The translations under genes were made by a program, and so were the position numbers. Under the pieces are notes generated by a model. That model was not told the origin of the DNA and searched no databases. It saw nothing but the letters and a program-made list of their open reading frames with translations. From Candidatus Bathyarchaeia archaeon (GTDB lineage Archaea > Thermoproteota > Bathyarchaeia > Bathyarchaeales > Bathycorpusculaceae), in assembly GCA_038873195.1 (NCBI GenBank), contig JAVZEV010000001.1, positions 150,490 to 214,489 of the forward strand: a stretch of 64,000 bases of DNA. The letters run 5' to 3'. Every line of letters begins with the position of its first letter. Position 1 is the stretch's first letter. Positions 1-8,713 of this stretch are shown here, piece after piece.

Positions 1-1167
1 AGCGTCTTTCGGCTCAAAGAAGCAAGATTTAAGCATGTTTATTATTAGGACACCGTCCACGTTTTTGTCTGCAAGCACTAAGTCAAGTACTTTCGCGTAT
101 CTTTCCGCTCTTGCGTCAGCTATCATGTCAATTGGGTTAGAGGCATCTACACCCGGGTATAACGTCTCAATTTTCTTTTTAACTTTCTCTGATAATGTTG
201 CAAGTTTAAGATTGTTTTTCGCAACGGCGTCTGCTGCCAAAATTGCTGGTCCACCAACGTTGCTCACGATTGCTACGTTGTCTCCGTGCATGGACGGCTG
301 TTTTGAAAGCGCTATAGCGGCGTTCATCAACTCCTCAACGTCGTCAACTCTTATTATTCCCGCTTTTTTTAGGGCGGCGTCAAAAATTTCGTCTTTTCCC
401 GCAATTGAAGCGGTATGCGATTTGGCTCTGTGTGCTGATTCTTGTGTGATTCCGCCTTTTAAGGCTAGTATTGGTTTTTTCTTGACGATTTTTCTTGCTT
501 CTTCTATGAATTTTCTTCCATCCTTTATTCCTTCCATGTATAGACATATTACTTTCGTGTTTGCGTCTTTCCCTAAATAGTGTAGCAGGTCAACATCATC
601 CACGTCTATTTTGTCTCCCATGAAAGCAAATTTGCTTATGCCGATGTTGTAGAAGCATGCCCAATCAAGCATGCAAGCGCCTACTCCACCGCTTTGTGAA
701 ATTACTGCAATTTTTCCTTTTTTGGGCATGGTGTCTCTTTCGAAGGTTGTGTTCAAACCGTTGGCTGTGTTTATTACGCCCATGATAGTGTTCGGTCCCA
801 AAATTCTAACTTTGTATTTCTGTTTGAGCTTGAGCAACTGTTGACGCTGTTCGTCCTTGTATCCTCCGGTAATCAAGACAAACGCTTTGACGCCTTTTTT
901 GGCGCATTCTTTAACGTAGATTATTGACTGTTTCGACGGAAGCATTACAACAGCAAGCTCTGGAACTTCGGGCAGTTTTTCCAGTTTGTTATAGCCAATT
1001 TTCCCATCCATATCCAAAATGTAGATTTTTCCGTTGAAAAATTTCTTCATGTTATAGGTTACACTTTTGAAAAGTTGCGGAGAAGTCATGCCCACTTTTT
1101 CTTGGAGTACGCTTGAGCCTATTAGGACGACTTTTCGCGGTTCAAAGATAGCCGCCACTTCATCCAT
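1..1167 (-). CDS. ADP-forming acetyl-CoA synthetase / acetate--CoA ligase family protein (CoA-binding plus succinyl-CoA-synthetase-like domains). The 3' end is cut by the window edge.
   Basis: Own translation of the minus strand; the ORF is open at position 1 and so is absent from the track. Sequence: MDEVAAIFEPRKVVLIGSS...LAVVMLPSK...KVRILGPNTIMGVIN...KGKIAVISQSGGVGACMLDW...HTASIAGKDEIFDAALKKAGIIRVDDVEEL. ATG at 1167-1165. The +strand ORF 35-580 is its low-complexity shadow. Confidence 0.75.
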   Translation of the reverse strand, partial: MDEVAAIFEPRKVVLIGSSVLQEKVGMTSPQLFKSVTYNMKKFFNGKIYILDMDGKIGYNKLEKLPEVPELAVVMLPSKQSIIYVKECAKKGVKAFVLITGGYKDEQRQQLLKLKQKYKVRILGPNTIMGVINTANGLNTTFERDTMPKKGKIAVISQSGGVGACMLDWACFYNIGISKFAFMGDKIDVDDVDLLHYLGKDANTKVICLYMEGIKDGRKFIEEARKIVKKKPILALKGGITQESAHRAKSHTASIAGKDEIFDAALKKAGIIRVDDVEELMNAAIALSKQPSMHGDNVAIVSNVGGPAILAADAVAKNNLKLATLSEKVKKKIETLYPGVDASNPIDMIADARAERYAKVLDLVLADKNVDGVLIINMLKSCFFEPKDA

Positions 1168-1249
1168 AGAGTTAACCTTCAAACCTTAGCTTTTAAGAGG
1201 GAAGGAAAGAAGATACGTTGTTCCCATTCATAAATTTAACTTTTACAAT

Positions 1250-2041
1250 TCAAGCGCGTTCTATTATTTTCATGTACGCAAATGCTGCTCCCAACGTGAA
1301 AATTGCGGAAAAAGCTAAAACGTTTATTATTGAAGTAAAAGCGAAGGGTGGATAGCCCAAAAGGAAATTGCGAATCATGTCTGAGGCATTGCTAAGAGGA
1401 TTAATTTCCGCAAGTGTTACCAGCGGCATGGGGAATTTGCCGTCTTGTCCAAGCTGTTGGATAAGCGAAAGCGGATAGAAAACGCTACTGCAGAAGAAGA
1501 GAGTGTAGTAAACTAGACCTCTCGCAGTTATGAATTTTTCAAGACTTGAAGTGGAAACCGCAATTGCTATGCTTAACCCTGAAATTCCCACGGCTAACAA
1601 GAACAGAACAGCCAAGATTAGGAAGAACTGCCACACGTTTGGAAAACCTAAAAATATGAAGCACGTGAGTAAAAGCGGAGACATGTATAGCATTCCGCGC
1701 AAACCACCTGAAAGTACACGTCCTATGGCAAGCTCTAGCCTAGTCATTGGCAAACTTAGCATGTAATGATGCACTTCTCTTCGGCGTTCCATGTTTATCT
1801 CGCGTCCAATCATAAAAGCGGAAGCAAACAATCCAGTCACCGCGAGTCCTGGCGCGAAGAAGTTGAAGTAGCTTTTGATTTCGCTTGCTACTGCGCCGCT
1901 TATCATGTAGTTGTAAACGATTGCCATTATGAATAAGTCGGCTAGGTTCATGCTGATTAAGCCTACAAGCCACCATTTGTAACGGAAGAAGTTTCTGAAA
2001 TCGTGTTCCAGCAAGTATAGAATTGCCTTCATTATTGCCAA
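1250..2041 (-). CDS. ABC-2 type transporter permease
   Basis: 263-aa polytopic membrane ORF. Its start overlaps the stop of the upstream paralogous permease. It lies in an operon with ATPase 2815-3777. Confidence 0.75.
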   Translation of the reverse strand: MAIMKAILYLLEHDFRNFFRYKWWLVGLISMNLADLFIMAIVYNYMISGAVASEIKSYFNFFAPGLAVTGLFASAFMIGREINMERRREVHHYMLSLPMTRLELAIGRVLSGGLRGMLYMSPLLLTCFIFLGFPNVWQFFLILAVLFLLAVGISGLSIAIAVSTSSLEKFITARGLVYYTLFFCSSVFYPLSLIQQLGQDGKFPMPLVTLAEINPLSNASDMIRNFLLGYPPFAFTSIINVLAFSAIFTLGAAFAYMKIIERA

Positions 2042-2739
2042 CCGCCTCCTTCAATACGCTTGTCGTAGATTATTATGCCTACGAAAGTGAAAAATGCAAA
2101 AAAAGCGATTATGCCCAGAAGTGGCAACAAAGGATTATCAAGAGTTGTTATCGACTCAATGCCTGTGCCCCAGCGGAATAAGTCTGCAGCGAAAGTAACA
2201 GGGTTGAAGCTTGCAACTCCACCATAAAAGGGATTAGCTGCTTGCACAACCGCTAAGGGATACATAGCCGTGCTCAAGCGAACAATTAAAGCATCCAAAA
2301 CACCCATCAAAATATCGAAGCGATCACTGGATTTTATCATCACAGCGATTGTAATGCTCATTCCAGAAACTCCAAAAGAGAACAGGAAAAGCGCAAACAA
2401 GGCTACGAGAAAATTAAGCGGGTTAATGGCGCCTATGACATACAATGATATTGCTATCATTGGTCCAACGTAAATGAATGATCTGAGTCCTCCGCCTATT
2501 GATCTTCCGAGAACCAGCTGTCTTCTTGAGACTGGAAGGCTCAGAAGGTATTCGAAGACGCCGTGTTCTGCTTCTTCGTAGATGTCAAATCCAATGAAAA
2601 TGGCTGCGGAGTATAGCGTCATCACAGAGAGTCCGGCTACGTAATAGCGAAAGTAGTCTGGCACGGCTTGAACGTTTATCATGCGTGAGGCGATTAGTCC
2701 GAACAGTGCGATTTGTGATGCGAACCATATTAGCCGCAT
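2032..2739 (-). CDS. ABC-2 type transporter permease. The true N-terminus probably lies upstream of 2739 (see findings).
   Basis: 235-aa polytopic ORF paralogous to 1250-2041. The frame stays open up to the ATPase stop and encodes a conserved-looking VLLVVERDIRIFFQYKF segment. Confidence 0.7.
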   Translation of the reverse strand: MRLIWFASQIALFGLIASRMINVQAVPDYFRYYVAGLSVMTLYSAAIFIGFDIYEEAEHGVFEYLLSLPVSRRQLVLGRSIGGGLRSFIYVGPMIAISLYVIGAINPLNFLVALFALFLFSFGVSGMSITIAVMIKSSDRFDILMGVLDALIVRLSTAMYPLAVVQAANPFYGGVASFNPVTFAADLFRWGTGIESITTLDNPLLPLLGIIAFFAFFTFVGIIIYDKRIEGGGWQ

Positions 2740-2814
2740 TATGATTAGGAATTTGTATTGGAAGAATATGCGGATGTCTCTCTCTACTACTAAGAGGACT
2801 TTATTCGTGTTTTT

Positions 2815-3777
2815 TCACTCTCCGCCTTTTTGGGCTTCTTCTATTGTTAAGCCTGTATAGTGTGCGAATACGTCGTCGAGGCTTGGCTCGCTCATGCGGA
2901 TGGATGTTATTGGCATGTTTTGTTTCATGAATAGGTTCATTATTCTTGGGACGACTTCCTCAACTTGGTTCAGATAGACGCGTATGTTGGAAGGCTTAAC
3001 TTGTAAAACGTTTACGACTTCCTTAAATTTCTTGAGCTGTTCAACAATTTTTGGCGGAGTTTCCTTTTCAAGTTGTATGTCTACAACGTCGCCGCCTGGA
3101 ATGTTGTCTTTTAGTTTTTTGGGTGTGTCAAGCACGAGCAATTTGCCTTTGTGTATTATTGCCACACGGTCTGATAGCACATCTGCCTCGTAGAGTTCAT
3201 TTGTGGCGAGGATTATGGTTGTTCCTTCTTCGCGTAACTGGCGAAGCATGTTCCATATGCGGTGTTTGCCTACCACGTCGATTTGGGCTGTTGGTTCATC
3301 AACAATTGCAATTTTGGGGCGTTGAACGAGAACTTTGGCAAGTTCGACTCTTTTGCGCATTCCGCCGGAGAGCGCGTGAACGTTTTTGTGGCGGTGGTCC
3401 CACATGTCTAAGGCTTCTAGAACTTCTTTGACTCTGCGTTTGCGTTCTTCAGTAGACAATCCGCAGACTTTTGCGTGCCAATTTACTATGTCCCATGGTG
3501 TGCTGACCCAGAGCATTTTTGGCTCTTGAAACACTATTCCTAGTAATCCGCGAACTTTGTCTGGGTTTTTTCTTATGTCATACGCGCCTACTGTCGCCGT
3601 GCCTTCTGTTGGACGTATAACCGTTGCAAGCATGAGAATTGTTGTGGTTTTGCCTGCTCCGTTGGGTCCCAAGAGTCCAAGGATTTCTCCTTCCTCGATT
3701 TCTAGGTTTAAGTGGTCTACTGCGGTGATGTTTCCGAATTTTTTGGTGAGGTTATCTATCTTGATTATTGGCGGCAC
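2815..3777 (-). CDS. ABC transporter ATP-binding protein (ABC-2/DrrA-like)
   Basis: Walker A GPNGAGKTT, signature LSGGMRKR, Walker B IAIVDEPT. Confidence 0.9.
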   Translation of the reverse strand: MPPIIKIDNLTKKFGNITAVDHLNLEIEEGEILGLLGPNGAGKTTTILMLATVIRPTEGTATVGAYDIRKNPDKVRGLLGIVFQEPKMLWVSTPWDIVNWHAKVCGLSTEERKRRVKEVLEALDMWDHRHKNVHALSGGMRKRVELAKVLVQRPKIAIVDEPTAQIDVVGKHRIWNMLRQLREEGTTIILATNELYEADVLSDRVAIIHKGKLLVLDTPKKLKDNIPGGDVVDIQLEKETPPKIVEQLKKFKEVVNVLQVKPSNIRVYLNQVEEVVPRIMNLFMKQNMPITSIRMSEPSLDDVFAHYTGLTIEEAQKGGE

Positions 3778-3830
3778 TTTCTACGTCATGCTCCGAAGCA
3801 GATACAATAAACGATACTTTTAGATAAGAG

Positions 3831-5138
3831 TTATCGTGAAACTAACCCCAAACCTATCTTTTGAGCATTTTCTATTACAGCATGTTCGTCGAAAGTTTTT
3901 ACTTGTCGATTTTCCATCAAAATTTTTCCATCAACAATAACAGTGTCTACGTCACTTCCATGTGTAGCGTAAACGAGGCTTGCATAAATGTTATGTAAGG
4001 GTTTAAGGTGAGGCTTCGAAAGGTCGACCAAAATCAAATCTGCCCCCTTGCCAACTTCAATAGAACCCACTTCTTTCGTAAGTCCCAAGGCTTTGGCTCC
4101 ATTTATTGTTGCCATTTTCAAAACTTCGTAGGCTGGTAGAACTGTAGGGTTTCTGTAAGTGTGCTTCTGAAGCAAAGCTGCAATTTTCATAGTTTCGAAC
4201 ATGTCAAGAGTGTTGTTGCTAGCGGGTCCATCGGTTCCTAAACACACGTTCACACCTAAATCCATCAAGTCCTTCACTTTCGCTGCGCCTTCCCCAAGTT
4301 TCATGTTAGCCACCGGAGCATTAACTACATTGACACTCCGTTCAGAAAGAATGTGCATGTCTTTTTCTGACAAGTCTATGCAATGTGCAGCCACGACTTT
4401 CTCATTCAAAAAGCCAATTTTATCTAGAAACTCAACCTCGCTTAGCCCATGCTTCTTCTCAAACTCTTTAAACATTGCCTTCGACTCAGCCAAGTGTATT
4501 TGTACCCCTACGTTCAATTCTGTAGATTTTTCCTTAATCTTTTTTAACAAATTTAAGCTGCAACTGTAAGCCGCATGGGGACCTAACATAGTTCTAACGC
4601 GGCCATTGGCGTATCCATGAAATTTCTTAGCAAAACTCACGCTTTTTCTAAACGTTATTGCGCCCAAAAGCTTATGTCCAGATTCAATTATGCCTTGCGC
4701 TAAAACGCCTCTCAGTCCGCTTTTTTCCACAGCCTTTGCAGCCATGTCCTCGTAAAAGTACATGTCCGCGAAACATGTTGTTCCGCTCTTAATCATTTCT
4801 AAGCAGCCGAGAAGAGCTCCAGCGTAAACATCGCTTGCTTTGAGTTTAGCTTCTAAAGGCCAAATGGTTTCTTTCAGCCAAATGTCGAGCGGTTGGTCTT
4901 CAGCTATTCCGCGAAAAAGTGTCATTGGCAAGTGTGTGTGGCAGTTAATTAGTCCAGGCATGGCAACTTTTTCTTTCGCGTCTATCTCTTTTTCAGCTTT
5001 TATGCTAGTTGCTGCTGCAGATTTGCCTACAAAAGTTATTTTTCCATCTTTTATGGCCATGGCGCCGCTTTCTATTATTTCTTTCTTGTTCATTGGAAGA
5101 ATGGTGCAATCGCGGATTAGAATGTCTGCTTTTTCCAA
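3831..5138 (-). CDS. mtaD: Amidohydrolase, MTA/SAH (5'-deoxyadenosine) deaminase-like
   Basis: 435 aa. Metal-binding INCHTHLPMT near the N-terminus, HLAES and GTDG motifs typical of the MtaD/DadD subgroup of the amidohydrolase superfamily. Confidence 0.7.
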   Translation of the reverse strand: MEKADILIRDCTILPMNKKEIIESGAMAIKDGKITFVGKSAAATSIKAEKEIDAKEKVAMPGLINCHTHLPMTLFRGIAEDQPLDIWLKETIWPLEAKLKASDVYAGALLGCLEMIKSGTTCFADMYFYEDMAAKAVEKSGLRGVLAQGIIESGHKLLGAITFRKSVSFAKKFHGYANGRVRTMLGPHAAYSCSLNLLKKIKEKSTELNVGVQIHLAESKAMFKEFEKKHGLSEVEFLDKIGFLNEKVVAAHCIDLSEKDMHILSERSVNVVNAPVANMKLGEGAAKVKDLMDLGVNVCLGTDGPASNNTLDMFETMKIAALLQKHTYRNPTVLPAYEVLKMATINGAKALGLTKEVGSIEVGKGADLILVDLSKPHLKPLHNIYASLVYATHGSDVDTVIVDGKILMENRQVKTFDEHAVIENAQKIGLGLVSR

Positions 5139-5261
5139 ATTGCATCCTTAATTTAGATAGAGAAGGAAACGATAAAAAGGCTACTAAAATTTGACTGAAG
5201 AAGGCGTATGCTCATTTGTTTTTCTCGTGTGAAAATTAAGAGGTGTTGGCGGTGGTAATTG

Positions 5262-5717
5262 TTAGATTAGCGATTTTGAGTGTTCGATTTTCTTTAGGAA
5301 TGGTCGCAGTGCAGGTTGGATATTGCTCTCTTCGCCAAGTTCGCCTTTTGGCAGTCCTGGCGTGCCGATTTTTCTGCATATGAAGTTAAGCGAGTCTTCT
5401 GTGAAGTTCAGTAGGTTCTGTCCTTCTGTGGTTAGCTTATACACTTTTCTTGGTCTTTCGTTGTCCATGTTCCATTCGCTTTTTACGTATCCTTTCTTTT
5501 CTAATGTTCCTAGTAAGGGGTATATTGTGCTTGGTCCGAAGTATACGCCGAAGGTTCTGCGGATTTTTGTGATTATTTGGTAGCCGTGCATGGGCTGTGA
5601 GCTTAGGAATTGTAGTACAATTAGGTCTAGGAGTCCTTTCATTAATTTGGTTTGGACTTCTCGTGAGTTGTTTACCATTTTTCCTTCCTCTTGTATTTGT
5701 GTTCGACGCGGATACAA
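5262..5717 (-). CDS. PadR family transcriptional regulator
   Basis: Winged-helix core LLDLIVLQFLSSQPMHGYQI...STIYPLLGTLEKKGYV...RKVYKLT. The start is more likely M14 (5678), which follows GAGGAAGG. Confidence 0.8.
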   Translation of the reverse strand: MYPRRTQIQEEGKMVNNSREVQTKLMKGLLDLIVLQFLSSQPMHGYQIITKIRRTFGVYFGPSTIYPLLGTLEKKGYVKSEWNMDNERPRKVYKLTTEGQNLLNFTEDSLNFICRKIGTPGLPKGELGEESNIQPALRPFLKKIEHSKSLI

Positions 5718-5900
5718 TATGTCTATTTTAGGACATATCTCAAGTCTTTATAGTGCCTAAACGAAAATATAAAGGTTCATGCTTACCGCAGACATATAAA
5801 AGCATAACAGCGGCATATTGAACTATTCAATTTCTTACATAACCTAAATAAGCCAAAACATGAACAAGTCCTAAACAGGACACTGCCAGAGAGTGAAAAA

Positions 5901-6215
5901 TTGACCGAAGACTTTAGAAAAGAAATTGTTCAACGCATAACCAAAAACCTGCTCGATATTCAAATACTCAAACTAATAGATAGAGAGCCAATGTGGGGCT
6001 ACAGAATAAAAAAGCAAATGGAAGCTGAATTCGGCATAAAACTCAGACACGGCGCGTTATACCCACTGCTTAACGCTTTAGAACAAAAGGGTTTCTTAAC
6101 AAGCCAAAAACAGCAACAGGGTGGAAGAACAAGAAAAGTCTATGCAATAGCTAAAAACGGAAGAAGATATGTAGAAGCGTATAATGACGTGTTGAAAGAA
6201 CAAATATCCGGATAA
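5901..6215 (+). CDS. PadR family transcriptional regulator
   Basis: LLDIQILKLIDREPMWGYRI...GALYPLLNALEQKGFL...RKVYAIAKNG. Divergent from the other PadR gene. Confidence 0.85.
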   Translation: MTEDFRKEIVQRITKNLLDIQILKLIDREPMWGYRIKKQMEAEFGIKLRHGALYPLLNALEQKGFLTSQKQQQGGRTRKVYAIAKNGRRYVEAYNDVLKEQISG

Positions 6216-6287
6216 AACACGAGCAGTGAATTACCGCATTTTAACCTAATCAAATCTTTTAAACAACTAGGCAAATAAGAATAGGGT

Positions 6288-7274
6288 ATGGTAAAGAAAT
6301 TAGGCAAAATTATAGTTGCCGACTTAGAGAAGCGAAGCAAAAAAGGACTTGAATTTGCAAAACAAATAATGCAAACAGAGAGAATGGAGCATCCCATACT
6401 ACGTGAAGCGCTTGAGCACTACCTTACACATTGGAAAGACTTTACGCATCCAGGCTTGTTCTCGATGGCATGTGAAGCGGTGGGAGGCAACATTGATGAT
6501 GCTGTGTCGGCGCAAGCGGCGATAGCTATGATGGCCGCGGCATTTGACATACACGACGACATTATAGACAGATCCAAAGCTAAGCATAAGATACCAACTG
6601 TTTATGGAAAGTTTGGCGCTGAAATTGCTCTTCTTCTTGGCAATGCGTTCCTAATAGAAGGTTTCAAACTTTTTGTTGATTCAACGATGTTGTTGCCAAA
6701 AGAAAAAGGAAAAGAAGCGCTTGATACGCTTAAGAGATTAATGTTTGAAGTTGGCAATGGACACGCCATTGAGGTTGGCTTAAAAGGAAGAAAAAAGGTT
6801 GCGCCAGATGATTATATGAAGGTTATCGGAATGAAGGCTGCGGGAATCGAGTTGGATATGCATTTTGGGGCTTTGTTTGGCGGTGGAAAGGATGCGGAAG
6901 TTGAGCAGTTAGCTAGACTAGGAAGAATTCTTGGAATATTAGTTTTGCTTCGGGAAGAGTTCATAGATGTTTTTGAAATCGAGGAGCTTCGCCAACGAAT
7001 CGTCGTACATGATCTGCCTGTGCCACTCTTATTTGCAATGCAAGATCCGGAGGCAAAGGGAAAAGTTAATACGGTTATTTCAAAACCGAAGATATCGCAG
7101 AACGATGTTAATGAATTGGTTGAGTGTACTCTTGAAGCGACGCCTGTTGTGAAGCTTAAGAAGAAAATGCAAGCTTTAATAGAAGAAGGGTCTAAATTTG
7201 CTAAGTGCTTACCTAATCCAAAACTAAGAAGTCAGCTTCAGACTTTTTTGTCTTTTATGCTTGAAGACTTATAA
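6288..7274 (+). CDS. Polyprenyl synthetase family protein with an atypical second Asp-rich motif
   Basis: First Asp-rich motif AAAFDIHDDIIDRS. The position of the second motif reads LLREEFIDVFE. Confidence 0.65.
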   Translation: MVKKLGKIIVADLEKRSKKGLEFAKQIMQTERMEHPILREALEHYLTHWKDFTHPGLFSMACEAVGGNIDDAVSAQAAIAMMAAAFDIHDDIIDRSKAKHKIPTVYGKFGAEIALLLGNAFLIEGFKLFVDSTMLLPKEKGKEALDTLKRLMFEVGNGHAIEVGLKGRKKVAPDDYMKVIGMKAAGIELDMHFGALFGGGKDAEVEQLARLGRILGILVLLREEFIDVFEIEELRQRIVVHDLPVPLLFAMQDPEAKGKVNTVISKPKISQNDVNELVECTLEATPVVKLKKKMQALIEEGSKFAKCLPNPKLRSQLQTFLSFMLEDL

Positions 7275-7450
7275 GTTTAAGCGTATATTCTGACGGGCAT
7301 ATCTTTCTTCTTTGCTCTTTTAACTGCTGCCTTCTTCATCTTATTCCCCTCACGTATTATTGTAGAACATATCTACTTATTAAGGTTTGTTGTTGAACAA
7401 GAATACAGAATGGTGATTAAGAAGAGTTTTATCTTTAAAAACCACACTCT

Positions 7451-8686
7451 TTGGTGAGTTGTGCTATGGTTTCAATGAGCGCGATTAGAAAGGAAATTGC
7501 TTGGCGGGATGCTGCACCAGCGATTTTTCTAGTGAATAACAGTTTTGTATGGTACGTATTGACTTATTTTAGTTTTGACATGGTTATAACCGACCTGAAA
7601 TTGTTTGCAACAGAAGAATTTAGTTTGTTCGCATTGTACTTTTTAGGAGTTGCAACTTCGGCAATTTTTGGTTCGAAATTTTTTCCACGCGCTCGTGTGA
7701 AATTCCTATATTTGTGGTTGTTTATGGGAGCAGTCGCGACATCACTTTTAATTACAGTTTTTAGTAATGATATGTTAGCCAATTTCTTGGTTGCTCTTTT
7801 TTTGGGCATTTCGGTTGGTTTAGGATTGCCTTCTTGTTTAAGTTATTTTGCCGAGTCAATACGTATTGAAAATCGTGGCTTCATAGGCGGAATAACATGG
7901 AGTGGTGTGGGATTTATTGTATTATCTCTGGCTCTTTTAATGAATATGCTTGGACAGTGGGAAGCAATTATCATGCTGACAATCTGGCGACTTTTTGGTG
8001 GTTTTAGTTTTCTGTTTTTAACTAGACAGAAAAAGCTGTTAGGTGAACAAAAATCCACGAGCTACTTAAACTTAATTCGTAAAAGAGAGGTATTGTTGTA
8101 TTTGTTTCCTTGGGTAATGTTTTCTCTCATAAATTTTGCAGAAACGCCAATTTTGGAAAGGGTGTTTGGTGTGGAATCTTTTGCTTTTGTGGGGATCGTA
8201 GGGTATGTTTTTATAGGAATTTTTGCGGTTGTTGGTGGTGTTCTTGCGGATGTTGTTGGAAGAAAACGTGTGGTTATTACGGGCTTTGTTATGCTAGGTA
8301 TTGAGTATGCAGCGTTGAGTGTTTTTTCTTCTTCTCCAGCTACTTTGTATTTGTTTATGACTCTTGATGGCATAACATGGGGGCTTTTTGTTTCTGTTTT
8401 CTTTATGGCTATTTGGGGGGATCTTGGCGAAGGTTATGTGAAGGAGAAGTTTTATGCTTTGGGTGGTCTTCCTTTTCTTCTTGCGAATTTTGTATCTATA
8501 CTAATTAGTCCTTATGCTGGTGCTATTTCTCCTACTGCGGCTTTTTCTTTTGCGAGTTTCTTTCTTTTTTTGGCGGTTATTCCTTTGATGTATGCTCCTG
8601 AGACTTTGCCTGAAAAGAAGATTAAGGAGAGAGAGCTTAAGGAATACGTTGAGAAGGCGAAGAAGATTAAGGAAAAGTATGGTTAG
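7451..8686 (+). CDS. MFS-like polytopic membrane transporter
   Basis: 411 aa with about 10-12 hydrophobic spans and a central basic loop (TRQKKLLGEQK). No diagnostic motif was recognised beyond the topology. Confidence 0.5.
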   Translation: MVSCAMVSMSAIRKEIAWRDAAPAIFLVNNSFVWYVLTYFSFDMVITDLKLFATEEFSLFALYFLGVATSAIFGSKFFPRARVKFLYLWLFMGAVATSLLITVFSNDMLANFLVALFLGISVGLGLPSCLSYFAESIRIENRGFIGGITWSGVGFIVLSLALLMNMLGQWEAIIMLTIWRLFGGFSFLFLTRQKKLLGEQKSTSYLNLIRKREVLLYLFPWVMFSLINFAETPILERVFGVESFAFVGIVGYVFIGIFAVVGGVLADVVGRKRVVITGFVMLGIEYAALSVFSSSPATLYLFMTLDGITWGLFVSVFFMAIWGDLGEGYVKEKFYALGGLPFLLANFVSILISPYAGAISPTAAFSFASFFLFLAVIPLMYAPETLPEKKIKERELKEYVEKAKKIKEKYG

Positions 8687-8713
8687 GTTGAGGGAAAGCC
8701 TACGTTCTTTCAT

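Noticed and set aside
35-580. A 181-aa plus-strand ORF at the left edge of the window.
   Set aside because: Its composition is low-complexity (Ala/Ser/Phe/Ile-rich), and it lies exactly antisense to a well-conserved acetyl-CoA synthetase reading frame. It is a shadow ORF. The same applies to most internal antisense ORFs in the track, for example 1530-1766, 3051-3431, 4201-4569, 24473-24973, 53723-54130 and 57383-57706.
7277-7339. A 20-codon minus-strand ORF, MKKAAVKRAKKKDMPVRIYA, preceded by GAGGGG.
   Set aside because: The ribosome-binding site is good, but the ORF is far too short to support without conservation or expression data. It does not match any small ribosomal protein I recognise.
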